Source: a virus. From it: a stretch of 64,000 bases of DNA. Location of the stretch: IMG/VR virus record IMGVR_UViG_3300049844_000277, positions 36,520 through 100,519 of that record; one strand, given 5' to 3'. The notes below the pieces were generated by a model. That model was not told where the DNA came from, ran no database searches, and saw only the letters and a list, made by a program, of their open reading frames with translations. Positions 18,301-25,430 of this stretch are shown here, piece by piece. Within the stretch, counting starts at the first letter, position 1, and each line of letters opens with the position of its first letter. Made by a program: the position numbers and the translations under genes.

Positions 18301-20887
18301 CGATGAGTATGTCGTGAGGCATAACCTTCATGCCCTTCTTCACGACACCATTGGGGTCAAGCTTACGATACTGCTCTGCGGTATACTTCGACCCGTAGTA
18401 CTGCTGATGGATATCCCTGCCAACCTTGGAGTCGCGATCTACTTCAACAACTTCCTTGTACATATGCTCTGACGTTAACTTCTCGGCGGCGCCAGAGGAG
18501 ATAACGACGGCATCGTTGGAGTTCATTCCGTAATACGGAACGTACCCTACCGTCATATTCGTACCGAGAGCGAAGGAACCGTTGCGGGTAAAATTAGACT
18601 CCGCGAGCGGCTGATCCGCTTCTACCTTATCACCAGGCTTCACCAGAATGTCGTGATGAAGGTGTGTCTTAGATGCGAACGGAAAATTATTCTCGTATGG
18701 AACCCGAATCAAATCTTTCTCAGCAGCTACCTTTTCCCGATTACGCTCGGAGAGGTAGTCCTCTTTAAACTCATCCCAGGTATACTCATCCATGGAACCG
18801 TAGCCCCAAGGAGGACCGTGCTTCTCGTAAGCGCTTTTAGCGGCCTCTTTGGAATCGAAGCCAAGCATGCACTTGTCTTCGTCGTGAGACCCATCCTTCT
18901 TGCGCTGATGTACGACGTAAACATTATCGAAAGAACCATCTTCCTTCAGATAAACGTCGACCGTTTCACCGTCGTCGCCGACGGTCTTAGGAATGTGTCC
19001 GTAGGCCACGGACATCTTCTTTTCCCACTTCTCTCCTTCGGCGTTAGTGCCGGTACGAATATCTCCCGGTTCAAGCTCAATCTTAACGAGCACACCTTGA
19101 ACAGTCTTTTGACGCTTGACCGCCCCGCCTCGTTTCTCGAAAGCGCTCTTCTCGCTTAAGAAATCTTCAGCGTGCTTCTTTCCGCTAGGGTCGATGTAGA
19201 TGTATTGCCCATCAACCTTCACTACTTTGCCCGCTACAGGTGCCGTAGGAAGAACCAGCCCCGCGAGCTCCTTCTCCCAGCTTGAATGCTCAACACCCTT
19301 CTCAGTCAACTTATTGGCGGCTGATTGTACAAGAGGTGCTTCGCGATGAACGAGAGGAAGGGCTTGTGTTTGAACCTTACCACCCATGATGGCACGGTTC
19401 CCCTGCATCGACTCAAGGAACGGGACAAGGTTAGTTGCCGGAGAATACAACTGAGCCACGTCGTACAACTGGTGAGTCACCTTTGCCGCTGGTACGTGCT
19501 CCAACTGCCCTTTGTTCATTGCGGTGACCATTCCCGTAAGCTTTTGCTTAGGGAACGCCACGACCGCCTCGGACATTTGAGCCGCAGACAGCATCTCATA
19601 CTTACCGGACTTAATGTTCTTAGCTGCGGTGTAGAGATTTCCCGTAGCATCCCGGTGCGCCATCATCGCCGTGCGAATATCAATACCAGCGCGGAAGGAC
19701 TCAGACGTACGAACGGGGTCCAGTATCCCTAGATGACTCGAATGAATAGTACGCGCTTCAGCGGGAATCGCGCGCTCATTCGGAATACCTCCTTCGCCGA
19801 GAGATGTAACACGCACAGCGTGGTCGATGGCCTCCATCGGGTTGATGTGCGTGGGAATCGAGCTCAGTTGTGAACCCGTAAGAAAACTTCGGATGCCGGG
19901 CGAAAAGGGCGACGAAGGAAGAATCGCACGGAGTTCAGTCTTATGTGTTGCGCGACCCTTTACCTTATTTGCCAGGGCACGTGCATCCAGCGTTATACGT
20001 TCCTTGATAAAATCGTCTACCGAATGATACGTCTTGAAACGTAAAGCGTCACGATCATCAGTATCCGCATTATCCCGGTACACCTGTAATAGCCGCTTCG
20101 ACGCAACGAGTAGTGCCTGCGGCGTAACCGATGAAAAAGCGTGCCCCAAGGTTTGTTGGTTAACCTCGGGATCCATAGACGTAACAGCGTAAGCTGCTCG
20201 AATAGCATCAAGCTGTGTCTCAGGATTAGTCGCAGCACGTTTAGCCGGATGCACTACTTTCTCGTAAAGCTTATTCAAATGCTTATCGTGCTTACCTTCG
20301 AAAGCCGCCTCATTTTGATGAGCGACATCCGAGCCCCAATGAGTAGAAATATCAGCGTGCGGAACGCCTAATTTTCGAAGTACGGGGTAAAGCGGAATAG
20401 ATGTCGTCCCATACTCGATGTATGGATGTCCTTGGGCAGGGTCTAACGAAAGTCGAAAATTGGTTCCCTTCGACAAGTTAAAGGCGGCCTCTAGTTCCTC
20501 ATTTCCACGTCGCCGCGTATAGACGCCAGGCTTGAGCCGAAGTTGATTTGATACGTTGTACTCGTTACCGTCCAAAATAAAAGTATGCCGTCCTGTGAAA
20601 TAAGGAAGACTCAATAACGTAAAGTTCTTAACTTTCTCAACTTCTTTACCGGAAGCATCACGTAGTGTGACGGTTCCTTTTATCGGCTCAGAAAGAGAAC
20701 CACCGCTCAATAGCGCGTGCTTTTGATCGTTTGGGCCAAAGTCCTTTTCATGGACCTTCAGGTCACTGACCTCAATACTCTTATCCCGCAATGTCAGTGG
20801 AAAAGCGTTTCGCAACGCATCGAGCGCCTTTGCACGAATTTGAACTCGACGGGACTCGGCATCGGTAAGCACGGGAGTGAGCGACAT
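12377..20887 (-). CDS. rpoBC: DNA-directed RNA polymerase beta subunit fused to the N-terminal half of beta', interrupted by three inteins
   Basis: Beta motifs: FILDGNEYNVSNQLRLKPGVY, GEGGIPNERAIPAEARTIHSSHLGILDP, GNRAIMGGKVQTQALPL, VGDKL|TGRHGNKGVVS, GKMEFNALVAHNA. In the same frame follow beta' motifs: RWSHIELAEPVVNPVF, LPVLPPIMRPI, VNRAPTLHRYG, FNADYDGN|TFQIHVPV. Removing the three inteins (354+378+498 aa) leaves about 1606 aa. Confidence 0.9.
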   Translation of the reverse strand: MSLTPVLTDAESRRVQIRAKALDALRNAFPLTLRDKSIEVSDLKVHEKDFGPNDQKHALLSGGSLSEPIKGTVTLRDASGKEVEKVKNFTLLSLPYFTGRHTFILDGNEYNVSNQLRLKPGVYTRRRGNEELEAAFNLSKGTNFRLSLDPAQGHPYIEYGTTSIPLYPVLRKLGVPHADISTHWGSDVAHQNEAAFEGKHDKHLNKLYEKVVHPAKRAATNPETQLDAIRAAYAVTSMDPEVNQQTLGHAFSSVTPQALLVASKRLLQVYRDNADTDDRDALRFKTYHSVDDFIKERITLDARALANKVKGRATHKTELRAILPSSPFSPGIRSFLTGSQLSSIPTHINPMEAIDHAVRVTSLGEGGIPNERAIPAEARTIHSSHLGILDPVRTSESFRAGIDIRTAMMAHRDATGNLYTAAKNIKSGKYEMLSAAQMSEAVVAFPKQKLTGMVTAMNKGQLEHVPAAKVTHQLYDVAQLYSPATNLVPFLESMQGNRAIMGGKVQTQALPLVHREAPLVQSAANKLTEKGVEHSSWEKELAGLVLPTAPVAGKVVKVDGQYIYIDPSGKKHAEDFLSEKSAFEKRGGAVKRQKTVQGVLVKIELEPGDIRTGTNAEGEKWEKKMSVAYGHIPKTVGDDGETVDVYLKEDGSFDNVYVVHQRKKDGSHDEDKCMLGFDSKEAAKSAYEKHGPPWGYGSMDEYTWDEFKEDYLSERNREKVAAEKDLIRVPYENNFPFASKTHLHHDILVKPGDKVEADQPLAESNFTRNGSFALGTNMTVGYVPYYGMNSNDAVVISSGAAEKLTSEHMYKEVVEVDRDSKVGRDIHQQYYGSKYTAEQYRKLDPNGVVKKGMKVMPHDILIAGVTRGKLSASDALLGNLKKTLVTPYRELVRTWDHDFEGEVMDVYVTDKRVVVTVKTREPMRVGDKLCYDAETEVLTWEGWKPIADVRITDKICTLQNGENIEYLEPDAIHSYPEGGRMYRIESQQVDLFVTDGHHMYVQPRNEKSFQLLPAYEIAGKRVSYKKDGIWVGHSPESFVFDSITVRAGQGGRGLRVLDDKALPTKTLAALLGAFLSEGNLITIEESGTYGIEITQINQPNRKQLEKFLREEGILFTDTGDKVRIHSKQYWQYFKQFGKSYEKFIPLEVFAWSRADQETLFNWLMWGDGHTKNGQPICYKTTSKRLADDVQRLALHIGKAANVSLAKAEGYQTIKGKDFWCRDYWQVRIINSKLTPTVNHGHIKRQKGQVECFVDSYKSPVYCVTVPGHVLYVRRNGKSVWCGNTGRHGNKGVVSLIVPDHKMLQDETGKPIEVLYTSAGVISRINPSQILETCVAKVAKKIGKPIVVENFSGRDNVQWAKDLLKEHKVKDKETLIDPVSGKKIPGILVGPQYVLRLFKTTETNYAARGTGAYDVNQQPIKGGDEGAKAVGKMEFNALVAHNARNVLRETAAIKSQKNDEFWRAIQLGLPLPPLKSSFVYDKFIGMLHGAGVKVDSRGSISTLSPLTDKDILRMSSGEVQNEKLVRAKDLAAERGGLFDPAVTGGTTGTRWSHIELAEPVVNPVFADPARRLLGMTAKDFDQYHHTNGGAAVKKKLNAIDVKARIAELRNSIKSLSGTKLDDAVKQLKFLEALNRQELKPGDAYVLSKLPVLPPIMRPILPGKSGSELVVGDSNYLYQSAILHNQSLRKQIESPILPPDEQAKLRQNLFHAVGAVIGTHESDNPKLQKRNVKGFLEHITGKTTPKCYDDQTDILTEKGWVRFSKYTGKTRVATVNLDTREFEWQKPTALVSMPFDGDLIHTRSRELDLCVTPNHEHVVSYRRKRVSNGKALYVWTPWEKVRADTFIGTDRRRVMVSAEEWEGTFPELVFAGDTCEVSTDNKKRRTANLVGTFTPDPLAFAEFVGWWIAEGWISTTGTQVSLCQAATSPHVRAVDLCFKKLDIPFVRKTYTRKDGYQVIWWTIRLRSLADWLTHHCGRGCESKHLSSDILAWPSAMLEGLLRGYLRGDGTLHPSLAKNVKNPKTHYRRKPLSAHAGTASLQLIDDLQHLAAKIGYQVIFRGICPPVKDHHLPHYLFSVRGFSDVTIESGSFTEAYPYKGTVYCVTVPNGTVVVRRNGKPSVSGNSSFFQKRIMKRQQDISGRGTIAPDGSLSMDEIGIPIDMLWGMYGKFIISRLIRRGFGAIQAKEMLEKKHPAAHDALMAEIKERPVMVNRAPTLHRYGFIGAHAVPVAGKTIRVNPFAELGFNADYDGNCFLGSTKVVLTAEGAACKALLGDEAKETAMKFAAETRVCWTSAVQALVEAELQEIPHAEEPYSIDKNGARSYAVPEGFRVLSYDHSASKSVMSPVTGLTIEDGCEVAKVEMRRGLSVTASTNESLCIYNHETGQIEATAPSDSVGKLAPVVRHLPLTGSQGDFEFGWMVGAFLSDGFLLGETDHYFGYTKVSDVHRERFAAAVNAFEGKLIKRNTYREVHDASNGITGQSIKDHFSGAQKCVELFKTCYLDERVPGRSCLSKRVPAFGDWSEEARWGVLIGMLNGDGTLTVSAGKAKLQVMAALHTSSAALAASLRFLLQTIGVRCSVSEAYPKEGRLQKAVAYTIPISTVDLQRNVSWLRRGIWNNSKSLEALNLLEADELVDQVDIVPVPKNLMTLASSRTGPCAEDSSFCASLATLRSKRKEAPYVTRQNARRMLHFFRTAKTPDVDAWARIVENVGITWDLVESVEVLRKETVYDLIVPDTQIFAVNDGLVVWDTFQIHVPVLKPAIDEVKGMTLSNLLFSDREKDSLMVAPRMEAMLGVHLASKAESSANDKVRHFKNREEALAAYKRGEITLNTRVEVGT
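12644..14137 (-). mobile_element. Intein 3 (498 aa, LAGLIDADG type) inside the catalytic NADFDGD-type motif of beta'
   Basis: Junctions are FNADYDGN|CFLGSTKVVLTAEG... and ...VYDLIVPDTQIFAVNDGLVVWD|TFQIHVPV. Dodecapeptide motifs are MVGAFLSDGF and LIGMLNGDGT. The C-terminus is atypical (Trp-Asp instead of His-Asn). Confidence 0.75.
14522..15655 (-). mobile_element. Intein 2 (378 aa, LAGLIDADG type) in beta' N-half
   Basis: Junctions are ITGKTTPK|CYDDQTDILTEKGW... and ...VVVRRNGKPSVSGN|SSFFQKRIMKR. The site corresponds to the bacterial LLGKRVDYSGRS region. Dodecapeptide motifs are FVGWWIAEGW and LRGYLRGDGT. Confidence 0.8.
17039..18100 (-). mobile_element. Intein 1 (354 aa, LAGLIDADG homing-endonuclease type) in beta, inside the GDK..GRHGNKG motif
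   Basis: Junctions are VGDKL|CYDAETEVLTWEGW... and ...LYVRRNGKSVWCGN|TGRHGNKG. Dodecapeptide motifs are LLGAFLSEGN and WLMWGDGH. Confidence 0.85.
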
Positions 20888-21053
20888 GTTCGTAAGTATA
20901 GACCCTTATTTTGGTATCAGTATATGAGTCACATGCTGTGGCTCATAGAGGGAAGTACCATCACCACCACCAGAGGGGAAGTACAGTGAAAGTGGCAAGG
21001 GTACAGAAGAGGGGTGTAGTAAAAGTAACAACGAGAAAGGAAGTGAGGGCGAG

Positions 21054-21725
21054 ATGTTCCGACAGGAACTAAAGCTCCCCCTCCCCCCAATCCCGTTGCT
21101 ACGGGAAGCGCTCATCTGCGCCGTGGATGACCCTCGAAGATGGGGACAGCCAGGAACTCCGGGTGAAACAATGCCCGAAGCCAAGCAGATGAACATTCTC
21201 GCAGAAATCGCCGCCGACCTCTGCAGGGGTACGCGGTGTTTCTTCTGCGGGAGACAGCAACCGGAGACTCCTCTCGAGGATGTATACCGGTTCAATCCCA
21301 ACACCCCGCTGTGCGAATGTCTTACGCCGTATAGGCGTATGGCGTTCGATTACATCGAGGGATGGGATTGTGAGGAAGGGAAGAAGTCCATCCTCACGCA
21401 AGTGGAGAAGGGAACGATGGACCCGCAGACAAAAGTCTATCAGTATATCTGTAAGTGCGGGACGTTGGCGGTAGTCACCGCTAAAACGCTCGCGAGTGGG
21501 TTGCGAACCTATCAAAAGCACAAGAGACGTAACTTGTGCGATAGGTGCTACAAAGAGCAGGGTAGAAAGCTGGCCGCAGCTATGGTTATGGCTGCGAGGT
21601 CCAAGCATGGGGCGGAGCAAGGTCCGCATGCTAAAATTAATAAAACACCCACCCTACTGAAACCATCAGTAGATACCACAAACATAGTTGTAAATGCACC
21701 GGGGGTAGTAATCCCTCAGTGCTAG
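21054..21725 (+). CDS. Cys-rich hypothetical protein (223 aa), divergent from the RNAP gene
   Basis: GAGG-type RBS before ATG 21054; an alternative ATG lies at 21171. Cys pairs: CRGTRCFFCG, CECL, CKCG, CDRC. A hairpin terminator follows. Confidence 0.45.
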   Translation: MFRQELKLPLPPIPLLREALICAVDDPRRWGQPGTPGETMPEAKQMNILAEIAADLCRGTRCFFCGRQQPETPLEDVYRFNPNTPLCECLTPYRRMAFDYIEGWDCEEGKKSILTQVEKGTMDPQTKVYQYICKCGTLAVVTAKTLASGLRTYQKHKRRNLCDRCYKEQGRKLAAAMVMAARSKHGAEQGPHAKINKTPTLLKPSVDTTNIVVNAPGVVIPQC

Positions 21726-21800
21726 AAGGGACCGGTACTTGAACATCAAGTACGTCGCTTTGGTCGCCCTGATTCTGCTCGGGGTTTAAGGCCAAGGCAG

Positions 21801-21847
21801 CTCTCTCGTGGGAGGTATCTCTCACGAGAGAGTCTTGGTCTTGTTTC
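21801..21847 (+). terminator. Candidate rho-independent terminator
   Basis: CTCTCTCGTGGGAG-GTAT-CTCTCACGAGAGAG forms a ~14-bp stem, followed by TCTTGGTCTTGTTTC. It sits between convergent genes. Confidence 0.5.
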
Positions 21848-22343
21848 AAATATCAGGCTCTGGCGCAGTCCCGTCTACGCGAGGTTCCGGCTTCTTTTTT
21901 TTCGTCGGAATCTTCTCATACCAGCGTAACGAGATAATTACAGAACCATCCTTCTGCGGAATCTCTTGCTCCGAACCAAAGAGCATCTTACCCGCCAGAA
22001 TCGCATTGATTGTCTCTTCGTACTCAGGACGAGTTACGTGCGGGCACTCGTAATCGCCTGTGTCCGGTAAATTCGCTGCGCCAGAAGCGAAATCATTTCC
22101 GCAGCGGGAGCACGATTCCCATGGGCGGAAAATAGTAAACACTTTACGATGAATCTTGAAGTCATACGCCGTAACTCCGGCTATACCATCGGCCTCTGTA
22201 TCTATGACGCGATGCTTGTCGTTAAATGGTAACGGAAAACCATCTGGAAGGTCTCTTCCACGCTCATCAGGCTCAGATGGCCCCTGCATCGCGGCGCTGA
22301 GTACAGATGCGAAGTCAGAACCTACTTCAGCTTTTAACGGCAT
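21846..22343 (-). CDS. Hypothetical protein (165 aa)
   Basis: ORF directly downstream of the portal-like gene. Contains CSRCGN...ECPH. No family recognised. Confidence 0.5.
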   Translation of the reverse strand: MPLKAEVGSDFASVLSAAMQGPSEPDERGRDLPDGFPLPFNDKHRVIDTEADGIAGVTAYDFKIHRKVFTIFRPWESCSRCGNDFASGAANLPDTGDYECPHVTRPEYEETINAILAGKMLFGSEQEIPQKDGSVIISLRWYEKIPTKKKKPEPRVDGTAPEPDI

Positions 22344-22362
22344 TAATCACTCCCGAAGATAT

Positions 22363-25300
22363 TTATACAGGCTGATTTTGTTGCGCCATTTGCGCCTTCG
22401 CCTGCTGTCCTTGTTGGTTCTGAAGATCTTCCAGGCGTTGAATGACAACCGCATGCATCACAGCGTCTTCCTTACTTAAGCTATCCAACTGTGAACGCCT
22501 AGAACCAACATCCAGCCCCATGAGCTGCTGCACTATCTGGTCAGCCTGCGCGATGACCGCCTGCTGGTCGTAGTTGAGCCCAGGAGTACCTTGAGCCTGT
22601 AGCTGAACCTGCTGGGACAAGTTATTCTGTAGTTTTCGTAGCTCATTCTGGACGCGCTGATTGTGCCGCGCCTCATCAAGAGTTTCTTGTAGACGCTTCT
22701 CTCGTTCTGCGTCCAAATCAATGTCGAGTCGCTCTAGTATGGTAGTCATTGAGACGTACGAGGGACCCGCTTGCCCGGTAGCCATGCTGAGCAGTAATTG
22801 TTTAGACTCAGTGTCATCGACCATCTTCAAAGGCGTAAGTTTCGCCTCTATCTTCTCCCAGCCAAGATACCGGGACATCTGGTCGCTGTACCACTGTAGT
22901 AGGTCATTCATATCATCCGCGTGCCCTTGCGTTTGATTCTGAATGAGCCGGAGAGTTGCCTCCATGCCTGCTTTAGTTAGTCCACCGTAGAGGAACTCCT
23001 GCGGAATACCTAACGCAGCCATAATGCTCTTCTCAGCTTCTTGAAGCTCACCGAGCGTTAACATCGCCCGTCCATCGCCACCAAGATTGGATACACCAAG
23101 AGCTACTGGTGCCATCATTATGTGTAAGGGGTCACGTCGCCAGCGACGAATATTTTGTTTCATTTCATCTTGCCAACGCGCAAGAGAAATCATTTGCGTA
23201 AAATCTTGCTGTCCGTTTTGTGCGGGATGCAAGATACGCATTGGCACGACGTGCTCCAGCGCGATCGAATTTTTAGTAGCCCCACCCGCGATACAAAACG
23301 TGGAATCCTCCGCGATCTTGAAGTCAATGTATTGTTCCTCTTCCGACTCCTCTACCACGCTCACTCTCGCCGCAAAATAATCTTTCCAGAAAAAGCCACT
23401 CTTGCCGATGGTAATCTCTTCCGCATCCTCCCAATTCCATAGCGCGTAAAGCCGCTCTTGGGACGCACCGCTAACCCGTACGTGGTAACTCGGTCCGTTT
23501 GGGGTAATAACACGCCCATCAGCAAGCGCGTGAATCGGGGTAATGTGCTCACGAATCGTCGCAATACATCCTACGTGAAGGAGCATACGGTAAACATCAT
23601 ACGCAAGGCCCGCACTGGAGGTGGCGAGAGTATCTTGCCCTTCCCGCGTGTGACCATCCGCCTCCCAGAGACCTTTCAAGAATGCGAGCTTTACAGAATC
23701 CGGCGCATGAAATACTTCCGAAGGAACGCGCTTAACGCGCGCGGTTCCCGGAACCATGCCCTTGATGAGAGCCTTCACAATCACATCACACAAGGTAACC
23801 ATGCTACAGTTACCTCTCTGATTGTATCCACCGCACTCCAAGCCAAACTCTCGCCGAATTGCTTCCCGGAGGGGCTCTTCCGTCTTACTGCCCATCGCAA
23901 TCATAACGGTACGCTGGTTACAGGAACCATTTCCAACGTAATGCCCGAGGATATACGCGAAGTCCTCTGTCATCGGGCGCGTCGCGGGGAGGCGTTTTGG
24001 AACGGACCCTTCTTTCAGCTTCCTACGCGCAATCTTCCCAGGGACTCCCTTCACATGCTCACCGGCGCTCTCCGCCTCAAACGCCTGCGCGGAGGGTAAT
24101 GACATCGCGCTGTAAACGTAATTCTCGGTGTTCGCGAAACCGGTGTACTTAGCAACATCTACCTGCTGCGGCTCCGACGGAATTGTCCGGGGGTAGAGGA
24201 TATAATCACCCTTCTCGAACTGTTCCGCGGGACACATCACCTCTTCGTACAAATGCGGATTCTGAAGAATCTCCGACGACGTCTGCTTGTCTTTCGTATC
24301 CGACCGACGTGCGTCGCTTGTCCGTCGAAGGGTAAGGATGGGATGGTGCGGGGAAAATACCCCGCTGAGATGCCGAAGCCCCGAAAGCGTAATACGGCAT
24401 CCGATTTCATCATCCTTCGCATCCCGATACCACTTCTGCTCGACTGGACGCCACCGCCCGAGGTGTGTTCTCACCAAGTCGCCAACACGTACATCATCCG
24501 CGGGCACGAGACCGGTAGACGTCTCAATGAGTGTATCGAGACTGACGCACTCGTTCGCCTTCCTTAGCGTCATGGTGTAGAGGAAGAGCTTGATTGTCGA
24601 CGCAAGCGGAGGAAATCCCCACTGCTGGTCAATACCCGAAGGACTTGGAACCTTGATATGAAAAAGAGCGTCCTTCTCAAAACGAAACGTCTTGTTGTCT
24701 CGAATGTTTTCCAAGAACTCCATAGGCATCGAATTAATAAGATGCTTTGACCCCGATTTAACTTGGTCCTTAACGTCCTGCGGGATGTTATAGTAGTATA
24801 CAGATTGTCCCGTAATCGGATTGTAATCTATATCCATTAGCTTGGGATCCCACCGAATAATATGGACCCGGCTAGCAGCTAGAATCTTACGGTCAACGAC
24901 TGTACCACGCACATCTCGCTTGCAATGCAGGCAGTGGTAGGTGAAAGCCAGCGATTTCAGCTCAAACTTGTAATCAGTGTGCTGAATAGCAACGAGTTGC
25001 TGACAACTAGGACACTTCAGACTACGAACGAACGGCTTATAAATTGATGTAAAATGATTGCCATATATGTGCTTATCGAGCGACGCCATGAGAAGCGCAC
25101 TCTTAATCTTCAAAGTTTTTTCAAAAAGACGGCGATAGTTGCGCCGGAGTGCTTCATTCGATGTTCCGTACTCGAGGTCAGTTACGACGAGCTCTCCAAA
25201 TTTACGCAGAGCCGCGTAAACATGTGCACTATTATACATCAAATATTCGCACCATTTAAAGAGATCTTTTAGCTTTCTTGGTACAAAACCCGTTAGGAAG

Positions 25301-25374
25301 TCATGTGCAGGGTTTGGGTGTGAAGCCGCCCGGTCAAAAACGGACATTGTATCAGTGTTAGGAAGGTCAGCCAT
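22363..25374 (-). CDS. Portal-like protein interrupted by an intein
   Basis: The extein is about 576 aa. N-terminal Zn-ribbon-like CPSCQQ...CLHCKR. The central part reads ...EKSIMAALGIPQEFLYGG.... The long Gln-rich helical C-terminus is reminiscent of podovirus portal barrels. It is the first gene of the large minus-strand block. The assignment is tentative. Confidence 0.45.
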   Translation of the reverse strand: MADLPNTDTMSVFDRAASHPNPAHDFLTGFVPRKLKDLFKWCEYLMYNSAHVYAALRKFGELVVTDLEYGTSNEALRRNYRRLFEKTLKIKSALLMASLDKHIYGNHFTSIYKPFVRSLKCPSCQQLVAIQHTDYKFELKSLAFTYHCLHCKRDVRGTVVDRKILAASRVHIIRWDPKLMDIDYNPITGQSVYYYNIPQDVKDQVKSGSKHLINSMPMEFLENIRDNKTFRFEKDALFHIKVPSPSGIDQQWGFPPLASTIKLFLYTMTLRKANECVSLDTLIETSTGLVPADDVRVGDLVRTHLGRWRPVEQKWYRDAKDDEIGCRITLSGLRHLSGVFSPHHPILTLRRTSDARRSDTKDKQTSSEILQNPHLYEEVMCPAEQFEKGDYILYPRTIPSEPQQVDVAKYTGFANTENYVYSAMSLPSAQAFEAESAGEHVKGVPGKIARRKLKEGSVPKRLPATRPMTEDFAYILGHYVGNGSCNQRTVMIAMGSKTEEPLREAIRREFGLECGGYNQRGNCSMVTLCDVIVKALIKGMVPGTARVKRVPSEVFHAPDSVKLAFLKGLWEADGHTREGQDTLATSSAGLAYDVYRMLLHVGCIATIREHITPIHALADGRVITPNGPSYHVRVSGASQERLYALWNWEDAEEITIGKSGFFWKDYFAARVSVVEESEEEQYIDFKIAEDSTFCIAGGATKNSIALEHVVPMRILHPAQNGQQDFTQMISLARWQDEMKQNIRRWRRDPLHIMMAPVALGVSNLGGDGRAMLTLGELQEAEKSIMAALGIPQEFLYGGLTKAGMEATLRLIQNQTQGHADDMNDLLQWYSDQMSRYLGWEKIEAKLTPLKMVDDTESKQLLLSMATGQAGPSYVSMTTILERLDIDLDAEREKRLQETLDEARHNQRVQNELRKLQNNLSQQVQLQAQGTPGLNYDQQAVIAQADQIVQQLMGLDVGSRRSQLDSLSKEDAVMHAVVIQRLEDLQNQQGQQAKAQMAQQNQPV
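23269..24549 (-). mobile_element. Intein 4 (427 aa, LAGLIDADG type) in the portal-like gene
   Basis: Junctions are TLRKANE|CVSLDTLIETSTGLV... and ...STFCIAGGATKN|SIALEHVVP. Dodecapeptide motifs are ILGHYVGNGS and LKGLWEADGH. Confidence 0.8.
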
Positions 25375-25430
25375 TTGCGGCCCTCAGTCGTTCTTGTTTA
25401 CGCATCCTCAGTATAGCCTTTGGAGAAGGC

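Noticed and set aside
20906-21304. A 132-aa minus-strand ORF in the RNAP/Cys-rich-gene divergent region.
   Set aside because: It overlaps the better-supported plus-strand gene and the C/T-rich tracts. Its product is Ser/Pro/Leu-rich low complexity.
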